From Candidatus Eiseniibacteriota bacterium (GTDB taxonomy: Bacteria; Eisenbacteria; RBG-16-71-46): a DNA stretch of 64,000 nucleotides. Each line of letters opens with the position of its first letter. Positions within the stretch are counted from its first letter, which is position 1. Below the pieces are notes generated by a model. The model had not been told where the DNA came from and made no database searches. It was given only the letters and a program-made list of their open reading frames with translations. A program made the translations under genes and the position numbers. Location of the stretch: contig OY970178.1 in assembly GCA_963707915.1 (NCBI GenBank), positions 1,696,001-1,760,000 on the forward strand, in the 5' to 3' direction. This document shows positions 1 through 10,257 of this stretch, in pieces.

Positions 1-304
1 CCAGCACGCGGGTGATGCGCACGCCGAAGTACTCGCCCACGACCACGACTTCGCCCTGCGCCAGTCGCCGGTCGCTCACGTAGATGTCGACGGGCTCGCC
101 CACGATGCGGTCGAGCTGGATGACCGATCCGGCACCGAGCTGCAGGACTTCCTGGACCGTCATCTGCGCGCGCCCGATCTCGATCACGATGGGCATCGAG
201 ACGTCGAGCAGCGCGTCCAGCGTCGCCGCGCCATCGGCGCGGCCCGCCGGAGCGAGGTCCTGCGCGGACGGCTCCGGGGCGTTCTGGGATTCGACTGGGC
301 TCAT
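1..304 (-). CDS. fliN: Flagellar motor switch protein FliN (3' end runs off the window)
   Basis: Manual translation MSPVESQ...LDALLDVSMPIVIEIGRAQMTVQEVLQLGAGSVIQLDRIVGEPVDIYV...GEVVVVGEYFGVRITRVL is a SpoA/FliN domain. The ATG overlaps the fliM stop (ATGA). Confidence 0.93.
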   Translation of the reverse strand, partial: MSPVESQNAPEPSAQDLAPAGRADGAATLDALLDVSMPIVIEIGRAQMTVQEVLQLGAGSVIQLDRIVGEPVDIYVSDRRLAQGEVVVVGEYFGVRITRVL

Positions 305-1323
305 AGCACTCTCCCCTGCCGGTCGTGTTCCGACCGCTCGGTGACCGAGGTGGTGACGGGTTGCGTGATGCGGACACAGACTCGCCGGCGCTGCTGGCCC
401 ATGGAGCCCAGGTAGCTGACCCGGCTGTTGACGAGGATCTCGGCGGGCGCGTCGAGCAGCAGGCCGGTGCGGATGACCTGCCCGGCCTGGAGGTCGTTGA
501 CCTCGCGGGCGCTGAGACGGAACACGGGCAGGCGGGTCTGCACCATCAGCTGGGCGGTCTTGAGGCTGGCCTCGACGAGGGCGCGGGCGCCGCTCACGTC
601 GACCCCCCCGTTGCGGGACTGGAGCTGCCGGGCGGCCTGCCGGTTCTGCAGGGACTGCTCGATGATGCCCATCGGCAGGCAGATGGTGATGAAGCCGCTG
701 AAACCGCCGGTGCGCATCTCGAAGGTCATCACCAGGACGGTGTCCTCGCGGCTGGTGATCTGCAGCATGTCGGGGATGGCCTCGAACAGGACCACCTCGG
801 GGTTCATCTCGAGCTGGCCCTGCCAGGCGTCGCGCAGCAGGCCGACCCCGCGGTCGGCCATGCCCCGCACGACCGTCTGCTCGAGCGGGGTGAGGCTGCG
901 GCGGATCTCGCACGGCTCGCCCGGACCGCCGAACATCCGGTCCACCAGGTGGTAGGCGACGTCCGTGCTGAAATCGATGACCCCCTGGCTTCCCAGCCGG
1001 TCGCCGATCTTGAACACGTAGGCGGCGCAGGGCGAGGCCAGGGAGAGGATGAACTCCGAGAAGTTGGCCTGCTCGACGCTGCTCAGCACCAGGTCGATCG
1101 GCGTGCGCAGGCGCGAGGTCAGCATCGCCTGCATGGAGAGCGCGAACCGCGTGTGGATCGACTCCAGCGTGGAGCGGCGGTCCTTGTTGACCCGCGGCGG
1201 CCTCATGAAGTTGTAGGCGACGACCTCGGCCTCGGCGACCGGCTCGGCCGTCTCGGACGGGCTGAGCGAGGCCGTGCCGCAGAGGAGGAGGTCGATGTCC
1301 TTCTGGGTGAGCGTCTGCGACAT
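301..1323 (-). CDS. fliM: Flagellar motor switch protein FliM
   Basis: N-terminal LTQKDIDLLL (CheY-binding LSQxEIDxLL type), YNFMRPPR, LVDRMFGG and a C-terminal SpoA-like domain; lies between fliL and fliN. Confidence 0.93.
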   Translation of the reverse strand: MSQTLTQKDIDLLLCGTASLSPSETAEPVAEAEVVAYNFMRPPRVNKDRRSTLESIHTRFALSMQAMLTSRLRTPIDLVLSSVEQANFSEFILSLASPCAAYVFKIGDRLGSQGVIDFSTDVAYHLVDRMFGGPGEPCEIRRSLTPLEQTVVRGMADRGVGLLRDAWQGQLEMNPEVVLFEAIPDMLQITSREDTVLVMTFEMRTGGFSGFITICLPMGIIEQSLQNRQAARQLQSRNGGVDVSGARALVEASLKTAQLMVQTRLPVFRLSAREVNDLQAGQVIRTGLLLDAPAEILVNSRVSYLGSMGQQRRRVCVRITQPVTTSVTERSEHDRQGRVL

Positions 1324-1331
1324 CGTGGCCC

Positions 1332-2141
1332 CTACTGGAGGACGAACTGCGGAAGGTAGACGTGCAGCGGCTTGCCACCGGGCACCAGCGGCTTGATGGC
1401 CACGGCGAGCTGCCGCTTGATGGCGTCGCGCGACCCGGGGGCCGAGAGCATCTCCAGCGTCTGGCTCTCGAGCGTGGTGATCACGGCGTCACGGATCTGG
1501 ATCTCCCTCTCGCGCAGCGCCACGACCGCCTTCTCGTCGTTCAGTTCGAAGGCCACGCTGGCCATGAGGAAGCGGGTGCCGGCGGAGCCGGCGGGGTTCA
1601 CGACGATGTTGTCGATGCTGTAGATGGCCGCCCTCTCGCCCCCGCCCTTCTTCTCCCCGCCCTTCTTGCCTTCGCGCTCCTGCGCCTCGCCGCCGCCTTC
1701 CGCGTTCCCGGCGTTCTCGGCCAGGGCCGGGGCCGCCGGACGGGCGTTCCGCGCCGCGATGACCCGCGGCGCGATCAGCAGGCTCCCGAGCAGCGCGCCG
1801 GCGACGATCGCGACCACGATGGTGCCCGCCAGGATGGCGGCCTCAGGGACCTTGAAGGGCTTGGCGGGGGCCTTCTCCGCGCCCGGCTCCTTGCCCTTCT
1901 TGTCCTTCTTCTCGTCCTTGTCCTTCTTCTCGTCCTTGTCCTTCTTCTCGTCCTTGTCCTTCTTCTTGTCCTTGTCCTTCTTCTTGTCCTTCCGGGCGTC
2001 GTCGTCCTTGCCGGCGGTCCCGCCCTCGTCCGGGTTCGCGTCCTCACCCCTGGCCGGCGCCTTGGCCTCGGCCGGACCCGGGGCGGGTCCCGCGGCCCCG
2101 CCCGCGGCCGTCTTCACGTCCTTCTCAAGCGCATCGCTCAT
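1332..2141 (-). CDS. fliL: Flagellar basal body-associated protein FliL with a long charged N-terminal extension
   Basis: One TM helix followed by IVVNPAGS..RFL..IRDAVITTL..VYLPQFVLQ, typical of the FliL C-terminus. Confidence 0.9.
   Translation of the reverse strand: MSDALEKDVKTAAGGAAGPAPGPAEAKAPARGEDANPDEGGTAGKDDDARKDKKKDKDKKKDKDEKKDKDEKKDKDEKKDKKGKEPGAEKAPAKPFKVPEAAILAGTIVVAIVAGALLGSLLIAPRVIAARNARPAAPALAENAGNAEGGGEAQEREGKKGGEKKGGGERAAIYSIDNIVVNPAGSAGTRFLMASVAFELNDEKAVVALREREIQIRDAVITTLESQTLEMLSAPGSRDAIKRQLAVAIKPLVPGGKPLHVYLPQFVLQ
1896..1992. repeat. In-frame 18-bp tandem repeat (TCCTTCTTCTCGTCCTTG and variants) encoding KDKDEK/KDKKK
   Basis: About five visible units inside fliL. Confidence 0.9.
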
Positions 2142-2213
2142 CGCAATCCTCGCGTCCGGATCCGTCTCGGTGGGGATCGCCGGGAGAAGTCCCGGAAGTC
2201 CGCGCTTGCATTG

Positions 2214-2230
2214 AGCAACGGCCGTACCAA
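2214..2230 (-). promoter_or_regulatory. sigma54 (-24/-12) promoter of fliL-fliM-fliN
   Basis: Minus strand TTGGTACGGCCGTTGCT is GG-N10-GC, close to TGGCACG-N4-TTGC, about 70 bp upstream of fliL. Confidence 0.8.
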
Positions 2231-2472
2231 CATGTCCGGCACGAACGACCGCCCGGAACGGCGTGGGGGCCCGGCGGGCGGAATCGTCTATCTCGCGCGT
2301 GGGACGGTGTTTGCGGGGGAGGCGTCGTCGCGGGGGTCGGGGCGGGGCGGAACCGGCGGCCCGGGCGGGGAACGGCGGCCGGGGCCGGGCGGAAAAGTCT
2401 TCCCGGGAAGCGGCGGGCGCTGCCGGAAGGCGCCGCCCCCTCGCGGGGACGGCGCCACCGGTGAGGCCGGGA

Positions 2473-3723
2473 CTAGCCGCGCAGGTTCACCAGTTCGTTC
2501 AGCATCTGGTCGGCGGTGGTGATCACCCGCGCGTTCGCCTGGAAGCCGCGCTGCGCGACGATCATGTTGGTGAACTCCTGCGAGATGTCCACGTTCGAGG
2601 TCTCGAGCGCGCCCGGCGTCAGGGTCGAGCGGCTGGTGCCGCCGGCGAAGCCGACGACGCCCGTGCCCGAGTTCGCGGACTCCTCGTAGATGTTGTCGCC
2701 GGAGCGCAGCAGGCCCCCGGGGTTGTTGAAGGTGGCCAGCGCGATCTGCGCGAGGTTGCGGGTGACGCCGTTGCTGAAGAAGCCGGCGATGACGCCCTTG
2801 TTGTCCACGCTGATGTTGACCAGGTCGCCCGCCTGGTAGCCGTTCTGGCTGTTCACCACGGCGTTCGACGGGTTGGTGAACCCGGACAGGCCGTCGATGT
2901 TGTTGATGCTGCCGGGATTGATGGAGATGGCGAACGGCGCTCCCGAACCCGGGGTGAGCGTCAGCGCCGTCGCGCCGCCGGGGAAGGTGAAGGTGGACAG
3001 GCTGCCGTTGACGCCGAAGGTGGCGGTGCCAGTGCCGGCCGGAGCGATCGTGGCGGTGGCGCAGGTGGCGGCCCACGACCACGTGCCGGGGCCGGTGTTC
3101 GTGAAGGTGATGTCCAGCTGGTGTCCGTTGCCGGTGACGTCGAAGACGTTGATGCCCATGTGGTGGACGTCGCCGATGGCGGCGCTCGCATCGAGATTGC
3201 CGGTCAGCGAGATCATGCTGGTGGCCGACGCGGGGGCCTTGTCGCCGAGGCGGATCTGGACGTCGCCGATGGCGTTCGTCGTGGTGAAGTTGCCGCTCGA
3301 ATCGGCGTTGATGCCCTGCACCACGTACCCCGAGCTGGGCGAGATGAGCCGGCCGTCCGCATCGAGCTGCAGGTTGCCCGCGCGCGAATAGACGCGCCGG
3401 TCCCCGCTGTGGAGCACGAACATGGCGTCGCCCTGGATGGCCAGGTCGAGCGGCTGCCCCGTGGTCTCGAGGCTGCCCTGCGTGAAGAGCTGGTCGATGC
3501 TGCCGACGTTCATGCCGCTGCCGACCTGGATCGGGTTGATGCCGCCGAGGTTGCCGGACGGCCGCGAGGCGCCCTCGATCAGCTGGGCGAAGGCCTCCTT
3601 GAAGGTGACCCGCGAGGCCTTGAAGCCGATCGTGTTGACGTTGGCGATGTTGTTGCCGATCACGTCCATCCGGGTCTGGTGATTGCGCAGGCCCGAGACG
3701 CCGGCGAAGAGTGCGCGCATCAT
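2473..3723 (-). CDS. flgE: Flagellar hook protein FlgE
   Basis: MMRALFAGVSGL..MDVIGNNIANVNTIGFK at the N-terminus; LETSNVDISQEFTNMIVAQRGFQANARVITT at the C-terminus. Confidence 0.96.
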   Translation of the reverse strand: MMRALFAGVSGLRNHQTRMDVIGNNIANVNTIGFKASRVTFKEAFAQLIEGASRPSGNLGGINPIQVGSGMNVGSIDQLFTQGSLETTGQPLDLAIQGDAMFVLHSGDRRVYSRAGNLQLDADGRLISPSSGYVVQGINADSSGNFTTTNAIGDVQIRLGDKAPASATSMISLTGNLDASAAIGDVHHMGINVFDVTGNGHQLDITFTNTGPGTWSWAATCATATIAPAGTGTATFGVNGSLSTFTFPGGATALTLTPGSGAPFAISINPGSINNIDGLSGFTNPSNAVVNSQNGYQAGDLVNISVDNKGVIAGFFSNGVTRNLAQIALATFNNPGGLLRSGDNIYEESANSGTGVVGFAGGTSRSTLTPGALETSNVDISQEFTNMIVAQRGFQANARVITTADQMLNELVNLRG

Positions 3724-3840
3724 AGGTCAAAGTTCTCCTGGTTGAGGTCGAACCACTTCGAATCGGTGACGGGAAGCATCGGGACGATCTCGGTTCTCAC
3801 GGGAATCCCTCCTGCCGCGCGGAGCGCCGTGGGGGCAGCA

Positions 3841-4527
3841 TCAGGGGCCCGCCGCGACCACGGTCGGCACGGACTCCGGTTCGATCTCGGCCAGGTCGTC
3901 CAGTGCGACCTCCATGCCGCCGATGCGCAGCACGATCTGGCCGTTCTTGAAGGTGACGCCGTCCACGATCCCCCGGGTGAAGGTGGCGACCGGGACCGCG
4001 GCGTCCTTGGGCCCGGTGACCGTCAGCTCGTAGCGATAGGTTCCCGCCGGCAGGTCCGCCGGCAGCGTGAGGGTCTGCCGGCCCGCCGGGACCACGCCGA
4101 GCTCGCGGGTGGTCACCTCCCTGCCGGTCGAGTCGAGCAGGCGCAGCTTCGCCTGTCCGCCGCCCGCGCCGATCTCGACGCGGATCTGCGCGGCGCCCGT
4201 CGCCGGGACCTGCAGCTGGTTCCCCTCGCCGATCACGCGCCGCCCGATGAGCGTGGCGCTCAGCGAGGTCTTGCTCAGCAGCGTGGCCTCCCGCAGGCTG
4301 AGTTCCTGCGAGGTGACCGCCTCGTTGAGCTGCGTGAGCTGCTCGACGCTGGTGAACTGCGCCAGCTGGGCCGCCAGCTGCGAGGAGTCCTGCGGGTTCA
4401 TGGGATCCTGGTTCTTCAGCTGCGTGACGAGCAGCGTCATGAACGCGTCCTTGTCGAGGCTCTGCTTCGGGGCCGTGGCGCCCGCCGCGGCGCCGAACAG
4501 CGCGTAGTTCGTGACCGGGTTGATCAT
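3841..4527 (-). CDS. flgD: Flagellar hook capping protein FlgD
   Basis: LDKDAFMTLLVTQLKNQDPMNP..QLAQFTSVEQL motif. Confidence 0.95.
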   Translation of the reverse strand: MINPVTNYALFGAAAGATAPKQSLDKDAFMTLLVTQLKNQDPMNPQDSSQLAAQLAQFTSVEQLTQLNEAVTSQELSLREATLLSKTSLSATLIGRRVIGEGNQLQVPATGAAQIRVEIGAGGGQAKLRLLDSTGREVTTRELGVVPAGRQTLTLPADLPAGTYRYELTVTGPKDAAVPVATFTRGIVDGVTFKNGQIVLRIGGMEVALDDLAEIEPESVPTVVAAGP

Positions 4528-4534
4528 GTCGTGC

Positions 4535-6223
4535 CTACCTTTCTGTCCGCTGGCGCGACGGGCGCCGGTCCGGACGTTCCTCGGGTGAGGCGGAATGCCG
4601 TTCCTGGCGCGAGGGCGACTGCCGGTCGCGACCCTCGCCGCGTGGCGGGGCGTCGCCCTGGCCCCCGTCCCGCGGGAGGTTGCCGGGCGCGGAGCCTTCG
4701 CTCCGCGCCGTCTGCTGCACGCTCAGGCGCGCGTCGGAGAAGCCGCGATCGAGCAGGGCGCGCTGCAGCCCGTCGAGCCCGCGCGAGAACCGCTCGGCCG
4801 CGACCGGGTCGTCCGCCAGGATGGTGGCGCGCACGTTCGGTCCCCGCACCGCGACCCGCAGCCGTCCCTCGAGACCGTCCTCGCCGCTGAAGTGCAGCGT
4901 GACCTGGTCGCCGAGGCGCGCCGGCGTGTGCGTCTCCGGGGCGGTCGCCGCGGCCCGCGCCGGCCCGGCGGGCGAGGCCACCGAGACCGCCGACGGGCGG
5001 ACTTCCGGCAAGGCCGGCGAGCCCGGGCCCGCGGTCGCGGGGACGGACTCGTCCGGCCGGGCGGCGCGCGCCGCCGCGGAGGCATCCGCCAGCATGGCTC
5101 CGGCGGCCCGCGTACGGCCTTCGCCGTCCCGCGCCGCCGGGTGCGGCCGGTCTCGGCCCGGCTCGCCCACCGCGGGCGCCGGCGCCGGCATCGCCTGCGC
5201 CAGGACCACCGGTGGCGGGGCCGGCCCGCTCCGCGGGACCGGCGCCGGCGCTGCGGCCGGCACCGCGGTCCGCGGCGGCAGGGCGGTCCGCGCCTGGACC
5301 GCTTCGTCCTGTACCGCATCACGGCCCTGCGCCGCGTCACGGCCCGGCGCCACGGCCTCGGGCGCGGGGCGCGGGGCGTTGCGCGCCGCGGAGCGCCCGC
5401 GATCGGGCCCGCCCGGCCCGGGCAACGCTTCGAGCGCCCGGGTCGCGACGACCTGGCGGGACGCCTCCCGTGACTGCCACGGCGCGCTCCAGGAGCGGTC
5501 CTCCGGCGGCGCGCCCTCGAGCGCGGCGCCCTGCGGCGAGCCGGCGGACAGCGCCGTGTCGAGCGCGGTCCGGGCGGCCCGTTCGGTCATGCCGCGCACC
5601 AGCTCGAGCACGCGGATGGTCAGCGGCAGGTCGGCCGCCGGCAGCGGCGCCACGCGCGCGGCCTGCGGCGCCTCCGGGTTCGCCGGGGGCGCCAACGGGG
5701 CGGCCGGCGCGATGTCGGGCACGGGTCGAGCCGGTACGACGGGGGGCTCCCCTTCGAATTCCGCGGCCGCGACGGCGTTCGCCGCGGGTGACGGGAGCGG
5801 CGCCCGGGTCGCAGGCGGAGCCGGCGCGGCGGGAGGCGCGGTCTCCGCGCGATCGATGGCGACGGACCGTTCGGTCGCCGGCGGCAGCGGTGGGCGCACG
5901 GGCCCGGCCAGCGGCGCCGGACGCGGCACGGACGCCAGGGGCACGGGCCACCGGCCCGGCGCCGGCGCGTCCGCCGGCTCACCGGCGAGCGCGGGAACCA
6001 GCTCGGTGGCCGGGAGATCACCGGCGTCACCGGCGACCAGCGGAACCGGCGCCGGAACGGGCGCCACCGGAGGAGCGGCCGGGGGCGGGGACTGGGCTGC
6101 AGCCGCCATCGCCAGCGCCAGGCCGAACTCGGCGGAGTCGGCAGCGCCGATGACCCCGGGCGTCGGGCTCTCGCCTCTCGGCTCGGACGGAACGTCTACG
6201 GAGAGACCGGCGATGGCGTTCAT
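4535..6223 (-). CDS. fliK: Flagellar hook-length control protein FliK (Pro/Ala-rich, about 562 aa)
   Basis: Low-complexity body plus a C-terminal T3S4-like domain (QVTLHF..GRLRVAVRG..VRATI..LQRALLDRGF). Sits upstream of flgD. The ATG at 6223 overlaps the upstream stop and follows a GGAGAAG RBS. Confidence 0.75.
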   Translation of the reverse strand: MNAIAGLSVDVPSEPRGESPTPGVIGAADSAEFGLALAMAAAAQSPPPAAPPVAPVPAPVPLVAGDAGDLPATELVPALAGEPADAPAPGRWPVPLASVPRPAPLAGPVRPPLPPATERSVAIDRAETAPPAAPAPPATRAPLPSPAANAVAAAEFEGEPPVVPARPVPDIAPAAPLAPPANPEAPQAARVAPLPAADLPLTIRVLELVRGMTERAARTALDTALSAGSPQGAALEGAPPEDRSWSAPWQSREASRQVVATRALEALPGPGGPDRGRSAARNAPRPAPEAVAPGRDAAQGRDAVQDEAVQARTALPPRTAVPAAAPAPVPRSGPAPPPVVLAQAMPAPAPAVGEPGRDRPHPAARDGEGRTRAAGAMLADASAAARAARPDESVPATAGPGSPALPEVRPSAVSVASPAGPARAAATAPETHTPARLGDQVTLHFSGEDGLEGRLRVAVRGPNVRATILADDPVAAERFSRGLDGLQRALLDRGFSDARLSVQQTARSEGSAPGNLPRDGGQGDAPPRGEGRDRQSPSRQERHSASPEERPDRRPSRQRTER

Positions 6224-6777
6224 TTCTTCTTCTCCCGTGGTCCACGATCGATGAGGCGCTGGCTGAGATTCGCGGCCCGTTCGGCCGGCACCTGCGCCAG
6301 CAGCACCGCCGCCGGCCGGGGTCCCAGTTGCGCGAGGATGCCTTCGACGTTGTCGTCGCTCATGCGCGCCAGGATCGGCCCGACCTCGGTCGCCTTCATG
6401 TTGACGAGGATCTTCGCGACGTCGGAGTACGACCGGGCCTCGATGCGGACGGGCCCGACCGCCGCCGCCGTCAGGCGCAGGGGCGCCGCGGCGGGCGCGG
6501 GCGGCTGGAGCGCGGGCGCGGCGACCGTCGCCTCGGCGGCCCCCGCCGCCGGAGGCTGCGCGGGCGCGGGCGCCGCGGGCGGCGGCGTGGCCGGACGGCT
6601 CGAGTCCGCCACGGCATGCGCGGCGGGCGCCGCGGACGCCGTGGCGGTGTCGCCGGGTGCGGCCTCGGCATGCGCCGGCGCCGGGGCGGGCCGCACGGGA
6701 GTCATCAGGACCGGGACGAGCGTGGCGGCGAGCAGGGCGGCGACGAACGCCGCGGCGCCGATGATCGCGAGCTTCAC
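6220..6777 (-). CDS. Flagellar protein of MotE/YlxF/FlbB type (N-terminal TM helix plus MgtE-N-like helical domain)
   Basis: N-terminal hydrophobic helix; VAKILVNMKA..ILARM..ILAQLGPRPAAVLLAQVPAERAANL; conserved position between fliJ and fliK. Confidence 0.65.
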   Translation of the reverse strand: MKLAIIGAAAFVAALLAATLVPVLMTPVRPAPAPAHAEAAPGDTATASAAPAAHAVADSSRPATPPPAAPAPAQPPAAGAAEATVAAPALQPPAPAAAPLRLTAAAVGPVRIEARSYSDVAKILVNMKATEVGPILARMSDDNVEGILAQLGPRPAAVLLAQVPAERAANLSQRLIDRGPREKKK

Positions 6778-7226
6778 TGGGCCCCGCCGCTGGCGCTGCG
6801 CCGGTTGCGCGCGACGCCGTCGATCTCGCTCTGCTCGTCACGCGAAGCCTCTTCGGTCCAGGCCGCGTGGCGCTTCTCGCGCAGCCGTTCCACGACCCGG
6901 CGCTCCACCCGCGCCCGGCTGAAGAGCTCGCGTTCCTGGCGCATCTGGTCGATCGCCGCCTGGTGCGAGAGCGCGGCCGAGTCCACCTCGCGCATCGCGG
7001 CCTCGATGGCGAGACGAAGGTTGTTGAGGGCGCCCGCGGTCGCCACGTTGTCGAGCACGCCGGCGATCTGCTCGCCGCAGTTGCCGAGCCGCTCGCTGGC
7101 GTCCTCGAGCGCCTGCCGCTGCGTCTCCTCCTTGCGCATCGCCTGGCCGAGGGCCTGCGCCCGTTCACGCTCCGCCGTGGAGCGGAGCTCGAGCAGGCGT
7201 TCGAGGCGGAAGACGAATCCCTTCAT
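6774..7226 (-). CDS. fliJ: Flagellar export protein FliJ
   Basis: MKGFVFRLERLLELR...VERLREKR..EQSEID; directly follows fliI with an ATGA overlap. Confidence 0.88.
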   Translation of the reverse strand: MKGFVFRLERLLELRSTAERERAQALGQAMRKEETQRQALEDASERLGNCGEQIAGVLDNVATAGALNNLRLAIEAAMREVDSAALSHQAAIDQMRQERELFSRARVERRVVERLREKRHAAWTEEASRDEQSEIDGVARNRRSASGGAQ

Positions 7227-8580
7227 GCGGAGTCTCCCCGGTTCGGGACGGTCGCGAGGCCGGACAGCCGGTGCAGCTGCGCGAACGCCTCGTCCATGTC
7301 CGAGTGGTCGCTGGCGGTCTGCTGGAGAAAGGACCGCGTCTGCGTGCGCAGCGCGATCGCCCGGTCCACCATCGGGTCGGCGCCGGGCTTGTAGGCCCCG
7401 ACCGCGATCAGGTCCTCGTGCGAGTGGTGGGCGGCCTCGAGCTTCAGGAACTCGTTCGCGACCTCGAGGTTCCGGCTGCCGATGACCTGGTCGCGCACGC
7501 GGCTCACGCTCTCCAGGACGTCGATGGCCGGGAAGTGCTTGGCGTTGGCGAGCCGGCGCGACAGCACGATGTGGCCGTCGAGGATGGAGCGCGCCGCGTC
7601 GGCGATCGGCTCGTTGAAGTCGTCGCCCTCGACCAGCACGGTGTAGAGCCCGGTGATGCTGCCCTGCTTGGCCGTGCCGGCGCGCTCGAGCAGCCGGGGC
7701 AGCGCGGCGAAGACCGAGGGCGGGTAGCCCTTCGTGGTCGGCGGCTCGCCCACCGCCAGTCCGATCTCGCGCCAGGCCATGGCCACGCGCGTGACCGAGT
7801 CCATCATCAGCAGCACGTCGCGGCCGGTGTCGCGGAAGTACTCCGCGATGGTGGTGGCGACCAGCGCCCCGGTGGCCCGCACCACCGCCGCCTGGTCGCT
7901 GGTCGCGACCACGACCACCGAGCGGCGCAGCCCCTCGGGGCCGAGGTCGCGCTCGATGAACTCGCGCACTTCGCGTCCGCGCTCTCCGAGGAGCGCGATG
8001 ACGTTGACGTCGGCCGTGGTGTGACGCGCGATCATGCCCATCAGCACGCTCTTGCCGACGCCGCAGCCGGCCATGATGCCGATGCGCTGGCCCTTGCCCA
8101 GCGTGAGGAGCCCGTCGATGGCCCGCACGCCGGTGCCCAGCGGCTCGCTGGATGCGCGCACGCTCGAGCGGGTCGGGCGGGTTCGCGCTCAGCGCGCAGC
8201 GCCGGGTGGGCCCGAGCGGGCCCTTGCCGTCGATCGGGCGGCCGAGACCGTCGAGCACGCGGCCGACCAGGCGGTCGCTGGCGTTCGCGTACAGCGTGCG
8301 GCCGAGCGGGATGACGACCGCGCCCGGGTGGATGCCGTCGGTCTCGTCGAGCGGCATGAGCATGATGCCGCGCTCGTGGAAGCCCGACCACCTGGGCCAG
8401 GATGCCGTGGTGATCGTCGGGCGCGATGCGGCACACCTCGCCCACTCCCACCGGGAGCGGCGAGACCTCGACGACCTGCCCGATCACCCGCGTGACGCGG
8501 GCGCACGCCGTGAAGCGCGGCAGGGCCTCGACGTGGGCCAGCGCGTCCTCGAGCCAGGTGGTCAAGATGCGCTCACTCAT
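7223..8580 (-). CDS. fliI: Flagellar export ATPase FliI (two apparent frameshifts near 8384 and 8150)
   Basis: Three consecutive frames join: RVTRVIG..GEVCRI / MLMPL..GRVLDGLGRPIDG / TGVRAIDGLL..GVGKS..GERGREV..DSVTR..GEPPTTKGYPPS..LDGHIVLSR. Confidence 0.92.
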
Positions 8581-9235
8581 ACTCGAGCCTCTCGTACAGG
8601 CTGCGCAGCGCGAAGTCAGTGCGGCCGTCCACGACGCGCAGGGGGCTCTCGACCACGAACCCGCCGCGCTCGATGGTCGGGTCGCCGAGCCACCGCACCG
8701 CGGTGCCCTTGCCGTCCTCCGCGGGCGCCGTCGGCCCGCCCTGCAGCACGGAGAGGTCGTCGGGGTGGAGCCGGACCTCGAGCTGGGGCTCCAGCGGCAC
8801 CAGCTCGAGCGCCCGTTCCACGAGCTCGCGCAGCAGCTCCGGGTCGGCCTTCACCTCGTGCTGGACGAGCTTGCGGGCGACGGCGAGCGCGAGGCCGTGC
8901 AGGTCGCGCGCCCGGTCGCGCACGAACGCGCTCTGCGCGGTGTGCAGGTACTCGCCCACGCGCCCGAGCGTCTCGAGCGCCACGCGCACGCGCTGCTCCG
9001 AGCGGCCGGCGCCGTCGCGCAACCCCTCGGCGTAGCCACGGTCGTAGGCCTCGTCGGCTTCGGTCCGGTGCGCCGCGCCGCCGGCGTCGGCCGGCGACCG
9101 GCCGTCCAGCTCCGGCAGCTCGAGTGCCCCGTCCTCCCGCCCGCCGAACGACGCGGCGATGACGGCCCACGGGCCGGCACCGCTCCCGAGCTCGGGCAGC
9201 ACGAGGGCCGACGGGGGCTCAGGCGATGATCTCAT
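8573..9235 (-). CDS. fliH: Flagellar assembly protein FliH
   Basis: AYDRGYAEG repeat, LALAVARKLV, VRLHPDD, DPTIERGGFVVE; lies between fliG and fliI. Confidence 0.88.
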   Translation of the reverse strand: MRSSPEPPSALVLPELGSGAGPWAVIAASFGGREDGALELPELDGRSPADAGGAAHRTEADEAYDRGYAEGLRDGAGRSEQRVRVALETLGRVGEYLHTAQSAFVRDRARDLHGLALAVARKLVQHEVKADPELLRELVERALELVPLEPQLEVRLHPDDLSVLQGGPTAPAEDGKGTAVRWLGDPTIERGGFVVESPLRVVDGRTDFALRSLYERLEYE

Positions 9236-10257
9236 CGTTGACCCCGTTCTTGCGGATCATGATCTCGCCGGACTGCTCGAGCGCGCGCACGACCTCGATG
9301 ATGTGGGTGTGGGCGGACTCGACGTCCCGGACACGCACCGGGCCCATGACCTCGATCTCCTCCTCCAGCGCGCCCGCCGCGCGTTCGGACATGTTCGTCG
9401 TGATGTGCTGCTTGAGGTCGTCGCTGGCCGCCTTGAGGGCGAGCGCCAGCTCCTTGGTGTCCACGTCGCGCAGGACCCGCTGGATGCCGCGCCCGTCGAT
9501 GAGCAGCAGGTCCTCGAAGACGAACATCAGGCGCCTGGATCTGGCCGGCGATGTCGGAGCTGCGCTGGCCGATGGCCTCCAGCAGCTGCTTCTCCAGCGA
9601 TCCCGGGGCGAAGTTCAGCAGCTTGGCGACCGCCTCCGGCCCGCCGCTCAGCGTCATCTCCTCGGTCAGCGTGAGGTCGGTCTTGCTGCTCAGCCCGGTC
9701 TCGACCAGCGCCAGCATCTCGGGCGAGATCTTGTCCATCCGCGCGACGCGGTAGAGCACGTCGCCGGCCAGATCGAGGTCCATGGCCTCGACCACCTTGG
9801 AGGCCTGGCGGACGTCGAGATGGGCGAGGATGAGCGCGATGGTCTGCGGGTGCTCGCCGCGCAGGATCCCGGCCAGCACCTCGGGCGCGGCCTTGCGCAG
9901 GCGCTTGAGCCCGGAGTCCACCATCTGCTCCTGGATCCGGTCGAGCACGGTCCGGGCGCGCGAGGCGCCCAGCGCCGTCTCGAGGATCTGCTGGGCGTAC
10001 TCGACGCCGCCCCGCGCCACCGACTCCACCGCCTTCGAGACGTGCTGGAACTCCTCCAGCACGGCCGTCACGACATCGCTGCCGACCGAGGGCATCGCGG
10101 CGATCTCGCGCGTGACCATCTCGACCTCGCCCGCGGAGAGCGTCTTGAGGACCCGCGCCGCGCTCTCGCTGCCCAGGGCCATGCAGAGCACGGCGCCCTT
10201 CTGGGCACCGGTCAGGGCCTCGTTGGCCTTCGAGCGGAGGTTGACCGGCTTGGCCAT
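9219..10257 (-). CDS. fliG: Flagellar motor switch protein FliG (apparent frameshift near 9533)
   Basis: LTGAQKGAVL, GGVEYA, EHPQTIALIL, then MFVFEDL..IQRVLR..LALALK..NMSERA in the next frame. Confidence 0.93.
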
